From the NCBI RefSeq assembly GCF_013823385.1, contig NZ_PNMA01000001.1, forward strand, positions 288,135 through 352,134: a stretch of 64,000 bases of DNA. The letters are read 5' to 3'. Position numbers and translations under genes: made by a program. Source of the stretch: Hyphomonas sp. (GTDB lineage: Bacteria; Pseudomonadota; Alphaproteobacteria; Caulobacterales; Hyphomonadaceae). The stretch's first letter is position 1; every line of letters starts with the position of its first letter. Under the pieces are notes generated by a model that saw only the letters and a list, made by a program, of their open reading frames with translations, was not told where the DNA came from and ran no database searches. Of the stretch, positions 1 through 9,718 are shown in pieces.

Positions 1-160
1 CGGATATGTGCGTCTGATTGCGGCCTATCGCGATCCCGAGGCGGTCTATGTGTCTGCGCCGCGGGTGCAGTTCGTGAAGTATGACTACGGATATAACCTG
101 CTCGCCCGGCGGGCGGAGTGGAACCGGGATACGCCGGGAGGGGATGGCGGCGATGAGTGA
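1..160 (+). CDS. addB: 3' end of double-strand break repair protein AddB (partial at window edge)
   Basis: Frame 2 reads GYVRLIAAYRDPEAVYVSAPRVQFVKYDYGYNLLARRAEW...DE* (TGA 158-160). It overlaps the addA ATG at 153. addB-addA-trxA is the usual alphaproteobacterial order. Confidence 0.75.
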   Translation, partial: GYVRLIAAYRDPEAVYVSAPRVQFVKYDYGYNLLARRAEWNRDTPGGDGGDE

Positions 161-3100
161 ACGCGCCCAGCATCAGGTAGCATTTGAGGCCGCGACCAAG
201 GCGCAGGCCGATGCGGCCAATCCGAACGTTTCTGCTTATGCCACGGCGAATGCGGGGAGCGGCAAGACCAAGGTTCTGATCGACCGGGTGGCGCGCCTTC
301 TGTTACGGCGGGAGGATGGCCGGCCGGGGGCGGACCCGGATTCCATCCTGTGCATCACCTACACGCGCGCGGCGGCCAACGAGATGCTGACCCGTCTCTT
401 CCGTACACTGGGTGACTGGGCGGTGAAGGAGGATGACAGCCTCCGCGAGGCGCTGGCCAAGCTGGAGGGGCGGGCGGCGGAGAGCTATTCGCGGGACGAT
501 CTGCGCGATGCCCGGCGCCTGTTTGCGCGGGCGCTGGAGACGCCGGGCGGGCTGCGGATCGAGACGATCCATGCGTTTTGCGCGCGCATTCTGCGGCGGT
601 TTCCGCTGGAGGCGGGCGTGGTGCCGGGCTTCATGGAGATGGAGGACCGGGACGCCCGCGCGCTGTGGCAGGCGGCCAAGGAGCGGGCAATTCTGGACGC
701 GGCGGAGGCTGCGCCAGACCATCTGGCGCTGATTACGCGGGAGGCGATGAATGAGGGCGCTTCCAGCGCGCTGGACGCGCTGAAGGGGTCTGGCGCGGCG
801 GTGATGCGGTTTGCCGAGCGGCATGATTTCGTCATTGAGCGGATGATGGAGGCGCTGCGGGCCGATCTGGGCGCGCCGCGTGAGACGCCCGAGGACATCC
901 TGGCGGCGGCGATGGGAGAGGCCCTGCCACGCGGCGCGATCCGGGAGGCGCTGGGGGCGCTGCTTTCGGGGACGGCGACCGATCAGAAGCGGGCCGAAGC
1001 GCTGGAGCGGACGCTTGCGGCGCAGACGCCCGAGGCGATCTGGGCGGCGTATGCGCCCTTCTTCCTGACGGAGAAGGGCGAGTTCCGGGCGCAGAACCCC
1101 TACACCAAGAAGACGGGGGAGCTTTGCCCGCTGCTACCAGAATATTTCCAGATCAAGGATGGCGAGGGCCGGGAGACGGCGCGGGTGCGCGGGCTGGTGG
1201 AGACGTTGCAGCGGGCGCGGGCGTTTGCGCGGACGGCGGCGCTGATCCGGATCGGCCTGCCGGCGCTGGAGGCCTACCGGGACGAGAAGGCAAGGCGCGG
1301 GGCGCTGGATTTTGACGACCTGATCCAGAAGACGCGCGAACTGCTTGAAGCCGAGGGGATGGCGAGCTGGGTGCTCTACAAGCTGGATGGCAGCATCTCG
1401 CATGTGCTGCTGGACGAGGCGCAGGATACAAGCCCCGAGCAGTGGGATCTGATCCGTGCGCTGACGAACGAGTTTGGCGCTGGCGAGGGGCGCGATTATT
1501 CGCAGGACCCGCGCACGATGTTCATCGTGGGGGACGAGAAACAGTCAATCTATTCTTTCCAGGGGGCCGAGCCGGAACGATTGCTTCAGGAAACGCGGCG
1601 TTTGACCGAACGGATGCCGGGAGCAACGGGCGTCGAGATGCTGATGTCGTTCCGCTCGGCGCCCGAAGTGCTGACCTTTGTGGACACGGTCTGGAACCGG
1701 TCGCCGCCGATTGATGTGGGGATTACGAACGCGCCGCCGCAGACCGCAAACGATATTCGGCACACGGCGCGGCGCTGGGATCAGCATGGCGCGGTGGAAA
1801 TCTGGCCGATCGAACCCAAAGTGCCGGACGATGAGACGGATGCGTGGGAACGGCCTGTGGATGTGGTGCGGGCGACCTCGCCCAAGGCGAAGCTTGCCGC
1901 CGGTGTGGCGCGGGCTGTGCGGCAGATGATCGACCGGGGAGAGACGGTCTGGGAAGGACAGGCCGAGCGGGCGATGCGGCCGGAAGACGTGCTGATCCTC
2001 GTCAGCAAGCGGCAGGGGGGGCTGTTTGACGCGCTAATTACGGCGCTGAAGGCGGAAGGGTTGCCGGTGGCCGGGGCAGACCGGCTGATCCTGACGGACT
2101 TCATCGGTGTGCAGGACTGCCTGAACCTGATGCGGTTTGTGACGCTGGACCTGAGGGATCTGACGCTGGCGGAGATTCTGCGCGGACCATTCTGCGGCTT
2201 GGTGGATGACGACCGTTACCTTTTCCCGCTGGCATCGCGCCGGGCCAAGGGGGAAACGCTCTGGTCGCGCGTCAAGGCGAGCGATGACGTGGATGTTCAG
2301 CGGGCGGCGCGCTTCCTTCAGGGACTGTTCGACCGGGCGCATCTGCCGCCTTACGAGTTCCTGAGCCATGTGCTCGACCGCGTGGGGGAAGGCGGGCTGA
2401 CGGGGTGGGAAATGCTGAACGCGCGTCTCGGCACACCGGCGCGTGACCCAATAGAGGCCCTGCTGTCGCGGGCGCTGAGCCATGACAGTGCGGCGCCGTC
2501 ATCGCTGCAGTCTTTCGTGGCGGCGATGGAAGCTGAGGCAGTCGAGATCAAGCGCGACCTGGCCGAAGCCGGGCGCGAAGTGCGGGTAATGACGGTGCAT
2601 GGCGCCAAGGGGCTTCAGGCGCCGGTGGTGATCCTGCCCGATACGACCTCAAAGCCGAAGACCAGCGCGCCGGCCGTGCTGGCGAGCGCGAACGCCGTAG
2701 TCTGGTCGCCGCGCAAGGAGACCGATGCCGAAGCGTCGAAACGCGCGCGCGCGATTGCGGAGGCCAAGGCGCGCGAGGAGCATCGCCGCCTGCTCTATGT
2801 GGCGCTGACGCGGGCGCAGGACCGGCTGATCATTGCCGGGCACTGGCAGGGGCAGGCAGGCGAAGGGAAAACCGGATATGATAAGGATTCCTGGTATGCC
2901 CTCTGCGATATGGCGATGGCCGCGCTGGAGCCGGAAGAGTTTGAGTTGGGGCTGCGCTTCGGGAAGGTATCTCTCGCCGGATCGGGGGCAGCATTGGGAG
3001 CGGCGAGGGAGGGCAATCTTCCGGGCTGGGCGCTGACGCCGCCAAAGGCTGATCCGGTGGCGCGCAAGCTGTCTGCGCCGACAAGTCTCCTTGGGCCTAA

Positions 3101-3659
3101 AACGCGCATCGTCGCGCCGTTCGATGCGGCGCGCGAGGAACGTCTGAAGCGTGGCCGCGCCATCCATGCCCTGCTGCAATACCTGCCGGAACTGCCCGAA
3201 GAGACACGCGAAGCGGCGGCAGATGCCTACCTTTCCCGCGATGGCGAGCTGACGGCGGCGCAGCGGGCGGAGATGAAGGCAGCGGCCCTGGGCGTGATGC
3301 GGGACCCGGCGCTTGGCGCGATCTTTCAGCCGGGCGGCCGGGCCGAGGCGGCGATTATCGGGCGCGCGCCGGAGCTGCCCGAAGGCACGGTGATCAATGG
3401 CCGGGTGGACCGGCTGGTGGTGACACCGGCGCAGGTGCTGGTGATCGATTTCAAGACCGATCAGCCCGCGCCGGAAAAGGCAGAAGACGTGGCAGAGACT
3501 TATGTGGCGCAGATGGCGGCGTATTGGGCTGTCTTGAAGACGGCGTTTCCGCAGCGGGAGGTGGTCGCCGCGCTCTGCTGGACGGATGGGCCGCGGCTGA
3601 TGCGCCTGCCGGAAGCTCAGCTTTTAGAAGTTCTCACAAGTGCGCGCGCCATGGTTTGA
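153..3659 (+). CDS. addA: Double-strand break repair helicase/nuclease AddA
   Basis: Walker A ANAGSGKT, UvrD motifs LLDEAQD, VGDEKQSIY, MTVHGAKGLQ and LLYVALTRA, plus C-terminal nuclease motif GRVDRL...IDFKT. Start placed at ATG 153, which overlaps the addB stop. Confidence 0.95.
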   Translation: MSERAQHQVAFEAATKAQADAANPNVSAYATANAGSGKTKVLIDRVARLLLRREDGRPGADPDSILCITYTRAAANEMLTRLFRTLGDWAVKEDDSLREALAKLEGRAAESYSRDDLRDARRLFARALETPGGLRIETIHAFCARILRRFPLEAGVVPGFMEMEDRDARALWQAAKERAILDAAEAAPDHLALITREAMNEGASSALDALKGSGAAVMRFAERHDFVIERMMEALRADLGAPRETPEDILAAAMGEALPRGAIREALGALLSGTATDQKRAEALERTLAAQTPEAIWAAYAPFFLTEKGEFRAQNPYTKKTGELCPLLPEYFQIKDGEGRETARVRGLVETLQRARAFARTAALIRIGLPALEAYRDEKARRGALDFDDLIQKTRELLEAEGMASWVLYKLDGSISHVLLDEAQDTSPEQWDLIRALTNEFGAGEGRDYSQDPRTMFIVGDEKQSIYSFQGAEPERLLQETRRLTERMPGATGVEMLMSFRSAPEVLTFVDTVWNRSPPIDVGITNAPPQTANDIRHTARRWDQHGAVEIWPIEPKVPDDETDAWERPVDVVRATSPKAKLAAGVARAVRQMIDRGETVWEGQAERAMRPEDVLILVSKRQGGLFDALITALKAEGLPVAGADRLILTDFIGVQDCLNLMRFVTLDLRDLTLAEILRGPFCGLVDDDRYLFPLASRRAKGETLWSRVKASDDVDVQRAARFLQGLFDRAHLPPYEFLSHVLDRVGEGGLTGWEMLNARLGTPARDPIEALLSRALSHDSAAPSSLQSFVAAMEAEAVEIKRDLAEAGREVRVMTVHGAKGLQAPVVILPDTTSKPKTSAPAVLASANAVVWSPRKETDAEASKRARAIAEAKAREEHRRLLYVALTRAQDRLIIAGHWQGQAGEGKTGYDKDSWYALCDMAMAALEPEEFELGLRFGKVSLAGSGAALGAAREGNLPGWALTPPKADPVARKLSAPTSLLGPKTRIVAPFDAAREERLKRGRAIHALLQYLPELPEETREAAADAYLSRDGELTAAQRAEMKAAALGVMRDPALGAIFQPGGRAEAAIIGRAPELPEGTVINGRVDRLVVTPAQVLVIDFKTDQPAPEKAEDVAETYVAQMAAYWAVLKTAFPQREVVAALCWTDGPRLMRLPEAQLLEVLTSARAMV

Positions 3660-3681
3660 CTTGGCCCGAGAGTCCCTATGT
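3655..3681 (+). promoter_or_regulatory. Candidate RpoH (sigma32)-type promoter for trxA
   Basis: TTTGAC-N14-CCTATGT resembles the alphaproteobacterial RpoH consensus CTTGAA-N14-16-CCTATNT. Confidence 0.35.
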
Positions 3682-3724
3682 ATCACACTCCAGAATTAGA
3701 ATGCCGGCAGAAGGAGCCGCAACC

Positions 3725-4045
3725 ATGGCAGCGATCAATGTAAATGAAGACGAATTCGACGGTGTGGTCACCGGGTCGGATACGCCTGTTGTCGTCGATT
3801 TCTGGGCCGAATGGTGTGGCCCCTGCAAGCAGATGTCTCCCCATCTGGAAGCCGTTGCCGAGGAAATGAGCGGCAAGGTGAAGATCGTCAAATTGAACGT
3901 GGACGATTATCCGCTGGTTGGCGCCCGGTATGGCGTGCGCGGCCTGCCGACGCTTCTGATGTTCAAGGGCGGCAAGGTGACGGCGACGCGCAATGGCGCA
4001 ATGAACCGTCAGGCGCTGACCGACTGGATCAAGCAGAGCCTTTAA
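3725..4045 (+). CDS. trxA: Thioredoxin
   Basis: VVVDFWAEWCGPCK active site. RBS AAGGAG precedes ATG 3725; 106 aa. Confidence 0.97.
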   Translation: MAAINVNEDEFDGVVTGSDTPVVVDFWAEWCGPCKQMSPHLEAVAEEMSGKVKIVKLNVDDYPLVGARYGVRGLPTLLMFKGGKVTATRNGAMNRQALTDWIKQSL

Positions 4046-4069
4046 GGCTCTGCTGTTTCCGGCCCGTCT

Positions 4070-5011
4070 TCAGGCGTTTTCGCTCGTCAGCGAAATGAAG
4101 ACGTCTTCAAGGTCGGGCGCTTCGGTTGACAGGTCGGCGATGCCGATGCCGGCCACGCGCACGCGCTCCAGCAAGCGGCCAATTCCTGTTTCACTGGTCC
4201 GGAAGGTGATGGCGAGGCCGCCATCCATCCGGATCTTTGCGTCGAGGCCCGCCAGATCACCCGGAACGGCGCTGAGCGGTTCCTTCGGGTAGATCACCAG
4301 TGTCTTGTAATCGAGACGGGAGAGAAGCTGGTGGGTCGGCTCGCACGCAACGATCTCGCCATGATTGACGATGGCGATGGTGTCGCAAAGCTCCTCGGCT
4401 TCTTCCAGATAATGGGTCGTAAGGATGATCGTCGTGCCCTTGGCGTGCAGTTCGCGCACATAGTCCCAGAGGAGGCGGCGCAGCTCGACATCGACGCCGG
4501 CGGTCGGCTCGTCGAGGATCAGCACCGGCGGGTTGTGGACAAGGGCTTTTGCCACCATGAGGCGGCGTTTCATGCCGCCCGAGAGCTGGCGGACATAGGC
4601 ATCCTTCTTGTCGGCAAGGCCGAGCGCGGTGAGGATTTCCACAGTCCGGCGTTCGGACTTGGGCACGCCATAGAAGCCGGCCATCAGTTCCAGCATCTCG
4701 AACGGCGTGAAGAAGGGGTCTGCGACCACTTCCTGATTCACGACGCCGATGGCAGCGCGGCTCTGGCGCGGGTCCTGGTCGATATCGAGGCCCCAGATTC
4801 GCGCTGTGCCCGATGTTTTTTTGACCAGGCCGGCGAGAATGTTGATGAAGGTGGATTTGCCTGCGCCGTTTGGTCCGAGGAGGCCAAAGATCGAACCGGT
4901 GGGAATGGTGAGATTGATGCCGTTTAGCGCTTGTTTTTCCGGCATTTTTCCGGATGCAGCATAGGTTTTCCGCAGGTCGCGGACCTCAATCGCATAGGTG
5001 GGGTCAGGCAT
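4070..5011 (-). CDS. ABC transporter ATP-binding protein (YadG/ABC-2 type)
   Basis: GPNGAGKST, LSGGMKRR, ILDEPTAG and TTHY motifs. Start set at MPDPTY. Confidence 0.9.
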   Translation of the reverse strand: MPDPTYAIEVRDLRKTYAASGKMPEKQALNGINLTIPTGSIFGLLGPNGAGKSTFINILAGLVKKTSGTARIWGLDIDQDPRQSRAAIGVVNQEVVADPFFTPFEMLELMAGFYGVPKSERRTVEILTALGLADKKDAYVRQLSGGMKRRLMVAKALVHNPPVLILDEPTAGVDVELRRLLWDYVRELHAKGTTIILTTHYLEEAEELCDTIAIVNHGEIVACEPTHQLLSRLDYKTLVIYPKEPLSAVPGDLAGLDAKIRMDGGLAITFRTSETGIGRLLERVRVAGIGIADLSTEAPDLEDVFISLTSENA

Positions 5012-5129
5012 GGTAAGTATTTTCCCGTTGGCAGGGCGCCTTGCGCGGTCCATGCCCAGTCTTTAGTTAGGATGCCGCTGGCTGGGTCGCAAGCAATCGC
5101 GTCACCGCCAATTCAGGAGAACCCAAGGC

Positions 5130-5333
5130 ATGCCCGCCAAACGCGATGTTTTTACGCCGCCAGAGATTTCCATGGTCTCGAGCCACAAGGTTTCCTGCAA
5201 TGGCGGAGGCGGCGCGCTCGGCCATCCCAAGGTTTGGTATGAGATGGGCGACGATGATTTCGTCGAGTGCAAGTATTGCGACCGCCGCTTCGTGCTGATC
5301 GGTGGCAAGCAAGACCCCAACCGCGCACGCTAG
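5130..5333 (+). CDS. Small zinc-finger protein (zf-CHCC, NDUFS6-like)
   Basis: SCNGGGGALGHPKVW...ECKYCDRRF gives a C..H..C..C pattern. RBS AGGAG upstream. Confidence 0.85.
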   Translation: MPAKRDVFTPPEISMVSSHKVSCNGGGGALGHPKVWYEMGDDDFVECKYCDRRFVLIGGKQDPNRAR

Positions 5334-5366
5334 GGAGGCGGCCCAAACAGGACCGGCGGCAAGCCC

Positions 5367-6572
5367 ATGCAGATCCTGATTGCAGGCGGCGGTATCGGCG
5401 GACTGACAGCGGCGCTGGCTTTCCTCAAGGCAGGGCATTCGGTGACGGTGCTGGAAAAGGCACCGGAGATTGCCGAAGTGGGCGCGGGACTGCAGATCAG
5501 CCCCAATGGCATGAAGGTGCTCGATGCGCTGGGCGCATCGGCGCGTGTGGCGCGGGATGCGTTCCGTCCGCGTGCGCAGGAACTGCGTCTTGGGCGCAGC
5601 GGAGCACGGATATTCAGTGTGCCGCTTCGCGAAGCGTCGCAGGCGCGGTGGCGGGGAGAGTATCTCCATATCCACCGGGCGGACCTTGTTGAGGCCCTGA
5701 AAGCCTGCGTGACCGACCGCGCCCCGGATGCCGTGCGCCTGGGCGCGACGGTGACAGGATACGAGAATACCCCTGGCGGCATTGTTGCCCTCCTCAGCAC
5801 GGGCGAGCGCGTGGCGGGCGACCTCCTGGTGGGCGCCGATGGCATTCATTCAGCGGTGCGAACGCAGATGCTGGGGCCGGACAAGCCGCGCTTTACCGGC
5901 AATGTTGCATGGCGGGCTGTGGTGCCGGTTTCCAAGCTGGGAGATTATCCGCCCCCGGAGACTGCCTGTGTGTGGGCCGGAAAACGCCGCCATGCGGTGA
6001 CCTATCGCCTGCGGCGGGGGAGCCTTGCGAATTTTGTCGGCGTGGTCGAGTGCGCTGAGCCCGGAGACGAGTCCTGGACCTCCGTGGGCGCGCGGGAGCA
6101 GGCACTGAAGGACTTCAAGGGCTGGAACCCCGTGATCCAGCGGATCATTGATGAGGCGCCGCTGCTGCTCCGCTGGTCGCTCTATGATCGCCCGGAGATG
6201 CCGAAATGGCAGGATGGCCGGGCCGTGCTGCTGGGGGATGCGTGTCACCCGATGTTGCCGTTCATGGCGCAGGGCGCGGTGATGGCGATCGAGGACGCCT
6301 ATGTGCTGGCGCGGGAAGTGGGCCGGACGCTGGCGAAGGGCGACGGGGCAGGCATTGAAGACGGGCTCAAGGCTTATGAAGCGATCCGCAAGCCGCGGGC
6401 AACGCGCGTGCAGAATGTGGCGCGGGAGAATGCAGCGCTGTTTCACCGGTCCAACCCGCTGTATCAGCTTGGCACCTATGGGCCGATGTGGGTGGCGGGA
6501 AAGTATCTGCCGTCAATCGTGCATGGGCGGCATGACTGGCTTTACGGCCATGATGTGACCGGGCCCGGCTGA
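5367..6572 (+). CDS. FAD-dependent monooxygenase (salicylate hydroxylase-like)
   Basis: GGGIGG Rossmann motif, GADGIHS, and LLGDACHPMLPFMAQGAVMAIEDA. Confidence 0.9.
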   Translation: MQILIAGGGIGGLTAALAFLKAGHSVTVLEKAPEIAEVGAGLQISPNGMKVLDALGASARVARDAFRPRAQELRLGRSGARIFSVPLREASQARWRGEYLHIHRADLVEALKACVTDRAPDAVRLGATVTGYENTPGGIVALLSTGERVAGDLLVGADGIHSAVRTQMLGPDKPRFTGNVAWRAVVPVSKLGDYPPPETACVWAGKRRHAVTYRLRRGSLANFVGVVECAEPGDESWTSVGAREQALKDFKGWNPVIQRIIDEAPLLLRWSLYDRPEMPKWQDGRAVLLGDACHPMLPFMAQGAVMAIEDAYVLAREVGRTLAKGDGAGIEDGLKAYEAIRKPRATRVQNVARENAALFHRSNPLYQLGTYGPMWVAGKYLPSIVHGRHDWLYGHDVTGPG

Positions 6573-6644
6573 GCCGGGGTTGCGGCCAGCGGCCAATTCG
6601 GCCACCAATCGGCAAAACTTACGCAAAGGAAACGGGCGCAGAAC

Positions 6645-8021
6645 ATGCTGTCTGTACTGGATATTTTTCGGGTCGGGATCGGCCCTTCAAGTTCGCACAC
6701 CGTTGGGCCGATCCGCATCGGGAACCGGTTCATGGCGCATCTCGCCCAGAGCGGGAAATTGGCGCGGACGGCGCGGATCGAGGCGGAGCTGCAGGGTTCT
6801 CTTGCGCTGACGGGTGTGGGCCATGCGACGCCCAAGGCGGTGGTGCTCGGACTGCTCAATCTGGAACCGGAGACACTGGACCCGGAAGAGGCGGACCGGC
6901 TGGTTGCGCAGGCCTATGAGCAGAAGGTGCTGGCGCTGGCGGATGGACGGTCAATTAAATTTAATCCGGAGACGGATATTCGGTTTGCGTATGACATCAT
7001 GCCGGACCTTCACCCGAACGGGCTGCGCATCCGGGCGTTTGACGAGGCTGGTGCCATTCTTGCCGATGAAACCTGGTATTCCACAGGCGGCGGTTTCATT
7101 GCCACGCGGAAGCAGCTCGAAAAACCGGTGGAGGACGATATCCTTCCCGTGGGCGACCCGGTGCCGTATGAATTTACTTCAGCAGCGCGGCTGCTGGAAA
7201 TCTGCCGTGCTGGCGGTCTCAGTATTGATGAGGTGATTCTGGCGAACGAGGACGCCAAGCGGCCCCGCGCTGACACCGAAGCGGCGCTGGACCGGATTGC
7301 GGGTGTGATGATGGCGTGTATCGACCGCGGGCTCGTGCGGCGCGGCGAGTTGCCGGGCGGCCTGAAGGTGCGCCGCCGCGCGCCGGAAATCTGGCAGAAG
7401 CTGCAGGAGGGGCCTCCGTCGAACGAGCGGGAACAGTTGTTTGACTGGCTGAACGTCTACGCCATGGCGGTGAACGAGGAGAATGCGGCGGGGGGGCAGG
7501 TGGTGACCGCGCCGACAAATGGCGCGGCGGGGATCATTCCGGCGGTGATCCGGCATTATTGTGCAGAGACGGAAGATGCGACTGTCCGCCTGCGCAGGTT
7601 TCTTCTGACCGCCGGCGGCATCGGCCTGCTCTACAAGCAGAGGGCATCCATTTCCGGCGCGGAGATGGGGTGTCAGGGCGAGGTTGGCGTGGCGTGTTCG
7701 ATGGCGGCAGGCGGTCTTGCCGCCGTGTGGGGTGGCACACCGCAGCAGGTGGCCAATGCGGCCGAGATCGGGATGGAACACAATCTGGGCCTGACCTGCG
7801 ATCCTGTCGGCGGCCTGGTGCAGATCCCGTGCATTGAGCGCAATGCGATCGGCGCGGTGAAGGCGGCAAATGCAGCCCGGCTCGCCCTGCATTCTCTGGA
7901 ACAGACGAAGGTTTCTCTCGATCAGGTGATCGAGACGATGCGGCAGACGGGGCTGGACATGTCATCCAAGTATAAGGAGACGAGCCAGGGCGGTCTGGCG
8001 GTAAATGTCATCGAATGCTAG
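6645..8021 (+). CDS. sdaA: L-serine ammonia-lyase (single-chain, Fe-S)
   Basis: [35 protein letters not shown] and [19 protein letters not shown]. Confidence 0.97.
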   Translation: MLSVLDIFRVGIGPSSSHTVGPIRIGNRFMAHLAQSGKLARTARIEAELQGSLALTGVGHATPKAVVLGLLNLEPETLDPEEADRLVAQAYEQKVLALADGRSIKFNPETDIRFAYDIMPDLHPNGLRIRAFDEAGAILADETWYSTGGGFIATRKQLEKPVEDDILPVGDPVPYEFTSAARLLEICRAGGLSIDEVILANEDAKRPRADTEAALDRIAGVMMACIDRGLVRRGELPGGLKVRRRAPEIWQKLQEGPPSNEREQLFDWLNVYAMAVNEENAAGGQVVTAPTNGAAGIIPAVIRHYCAETEDATVRLRRFLLTAGGIGLLYKQRASISGAEMGCQGEVGVACSMAAGGLAAVWGGTPQQVANAAEIGMEHNLGLTCDPVGGLVQIPCIERNAIGAVKAANAARLALHSLEQTKVSLDQVIETMRQTGLDMSSKYKETSQGGLAVNVIEC

Positions 8022-8108
8022 GAAATTGACACAAAACATTATCAGACCCGACACCGAAATGTAGCGGAACCGCATTAGCGCTGCATCCTGTATGACAGGG
8101 GCTGCGGC

Positions 8109-8459
8109 ATGATGCACGATCCGAAACTCGTCTATTCTCTTGAGGTTCGCGTTATGGACCTGGAGCAGAAAGTGGCTGATCTGGAGCACAGTCTCCGGGA
8201 AATTACGGCCGGCCGGGTGAAGAACGCCGATCCGAATGTGGTGCCGCTTCCGCCGGCGCTGCTCAAGCGGATCAGCGACGGGGAACATCCGGTGCGGGTT
8301 ATCCGCCAGTTCCGCCTGATGACGCAGAAAGAGCTGGGCGAACTTTGCGGCATCCGGCCCAACCACATCTCAGCCATTGAGCGGGGCATGTCTTACGGTC
8401 TGAAGACCGCCAAGCGTCTCGCGGATGCGCTGGCTGTGCCCGTTGACCTGCTGACCTGA
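8109..8459 (+). CDS. XRE-family HTH protein, HigA-antitoxin-like
   Basis: N-terminal coiled-coil-like segment, then GEHPVRVIRQFRLMTQKELGELCGIRPNHISAIERG HTH. Confidence 0.8.
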   Translation: MMHDPKLVYSLEVRVMDLEQKVADLEHSLREITAGRVKNADPNVVPLPPALLKRISDGEHPVRVIRQFRLMTQKELGELCGIRPNHISAIERGMSYGLKTAKRLADALAVPVDLLT

Positions 8460-8478
8460 CGGGCGGGTTCCGGGTCAG
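8451..8478. terminator. Possible hairpin between convergent genes
   Basis: CTGACCTG...CGGGTCAG 8-bp stem with one G-U pair, spanning both stop codons. No U-tract. Confidence 0.3.
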
Positions 8479-8963
8479 CCGGGAATGCAGGCGCGTACGC
8501 CGGTCACCGGAAGAACGGTTTCCCATCCATCGGCGCCGGTCGTGACCAGGCGCCCGGATTCGACGCGCTGACCACCTTCGAGCATCTCGCCAGGCTTCAG
8601 GCTGAGATTGACCGACCATGTACCGTCAGCGGAGAGATACTGGGTTTCGGTGAAGAACTGCCCGAAGACTTCGCCGTCCGTGTCCGTAACGATAAGTCTC
8701 TGCGCGGCGCCGTTATGCAGGACGAGCGCCTCGCCGCTGGAGGCCTCGGTGAAGAAGGTGAAGCGGCGCGGCGCGGCCATACCCCAAAGGAACAGGCCAC
8801 ATTCTCCGGCGGCCAGCTTTTGAGGAGGCAGCCCTTCTGCGGGCACCTCTGCCACTGGCGATTCCATGGCCGCGACCGCTGAGGCAGTCTGCTTGGCGGC
8901 AGGCCCCGACGCGCAACCCGCCAGGCAGCCGGCGATGAGAGAAATGCTCAGAAGACGGATCAT
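8475..8963 (-). CDS. Uncharacterised lipoprotein, last gene of the gsp cluster
   Basis: MIRLLSISLIAGCLAG-C signal with lipobox. ATGA overlap with the gspN stop. Confidence 0.8.
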   Translation of the reverse strand: MIRLLSISLIAGCLAGCASGPAAKQTASAVAAMESPVAEVPAEGLPPQKLAAGECGLFLWGMAAPRRFTFFTEASSGEALVLHNGAAQRLIVTDTDGEVFGQFFTETQYLSADGTWSVNLSLKPGEMLEGGQRVESGRLVTTGADGWETVLPVTGVRACIPG

Positions 8964-9718
8964 TGTGGCGCCTGTGTAAAAGTTGCAGGATAACGATAAA
9001 CATAGGTGCCGCCCTCTGGGGCGAAGCCGGCAAGGGGAAGGCCATACTGGAACTGTTGCGGGATGACCCCCGATACACGCGCCTCGATGCTGCCGCCGCC
9101 CCCCAGGCGGAACCGGCCGGCGGCGTCCAGCTTGGTGCCGAGCGGACTTGCTGACTGGAGAGGGATGAGCAGCGTATCGCCCTCACAGGAGAGGTTGCCG
9201 GCAAGGTCCGGCCAACCCGGCCCAAGGAGAGCGGCATTCTTTCCCAATGCATCGCTCCAGGATTGGCCGGATGCCTTGGCGCAGGCGCCGTTTTTGAAGC
9301 GGATGATATCTCCGGTAAGGCGCGCCTTACCGCCCGACTGGCGGATCCAGGCCGCGACACCATCAAGGGTGGCAAAGTCCAGTTCGATGTTGAAGTCGCG
9401 CAGTTCGGTAGCGCCTGAAGCGAAGGCGGCCGCTTTGCCGGTACCTTTGCCGGAAGGGCCGGTCCAGTCGAAATCGTATTCAACACCAAGGCCGAGGAGG
9501 GAGACGGGATTCAGTTTGAGGCTGGCATCGCCAAGAATATCCTGCCCGGCCTTGAGGCCGGTGATCTTTCCGCCCACGAGCGTGCCTTCCGCCGAAGTCC
9601 AGCTGAGACCGCGCTCTTCGGCGCCGGCAGTCTTCAGAATGAAACTGAGAGGGGCGAAGGCGACGAGACCCACCAGAAAGCCGACGATCAGGACAAGGAG
9701 GAGAATGAAACGCATCAT
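8960..9718 (-). CDS. gspN: Type II secretion system protein N
   Basis: N-terminal TM, FAPLSF, AEGTLVGG, and LAGNLSC. Position after gspM with ATGA overlaps. Confidence 0.8.
   Translation of the reverse strand: MMRFILLLVLIVGFLVGLVAFAPLSFILKTAGAEERGLSWTSAEGTLVGGKITGLKAGQDILGDASLKLNPVSLLGLGVEYDFDWTGPSGKGTGKAAAFASGATELRDFNIELDFATLDGVAAWIRQSGGKARLTGDIIRFKNGACAKASGQSWSDALGKNAALLGPGWPDLAGNLSCEGDTLLIPLQSASPLGTKLDAAGRFRLGGGGSIEARVSGVIPQQFQYGLPLAGFAPEGGTYVYRYPATFTQAPQ

Noticed and set aside
81-152. ORF-track upstream extensions (also trxA from 3524, TBDR from 22815, gspK from 12388, gspE from 17004, xseB from 50403)
   Set aside because: The extensions overlap neighbouring genes or lack RBS support; downstream starts fit signal peptides, SD sequences or ATGA coupling.
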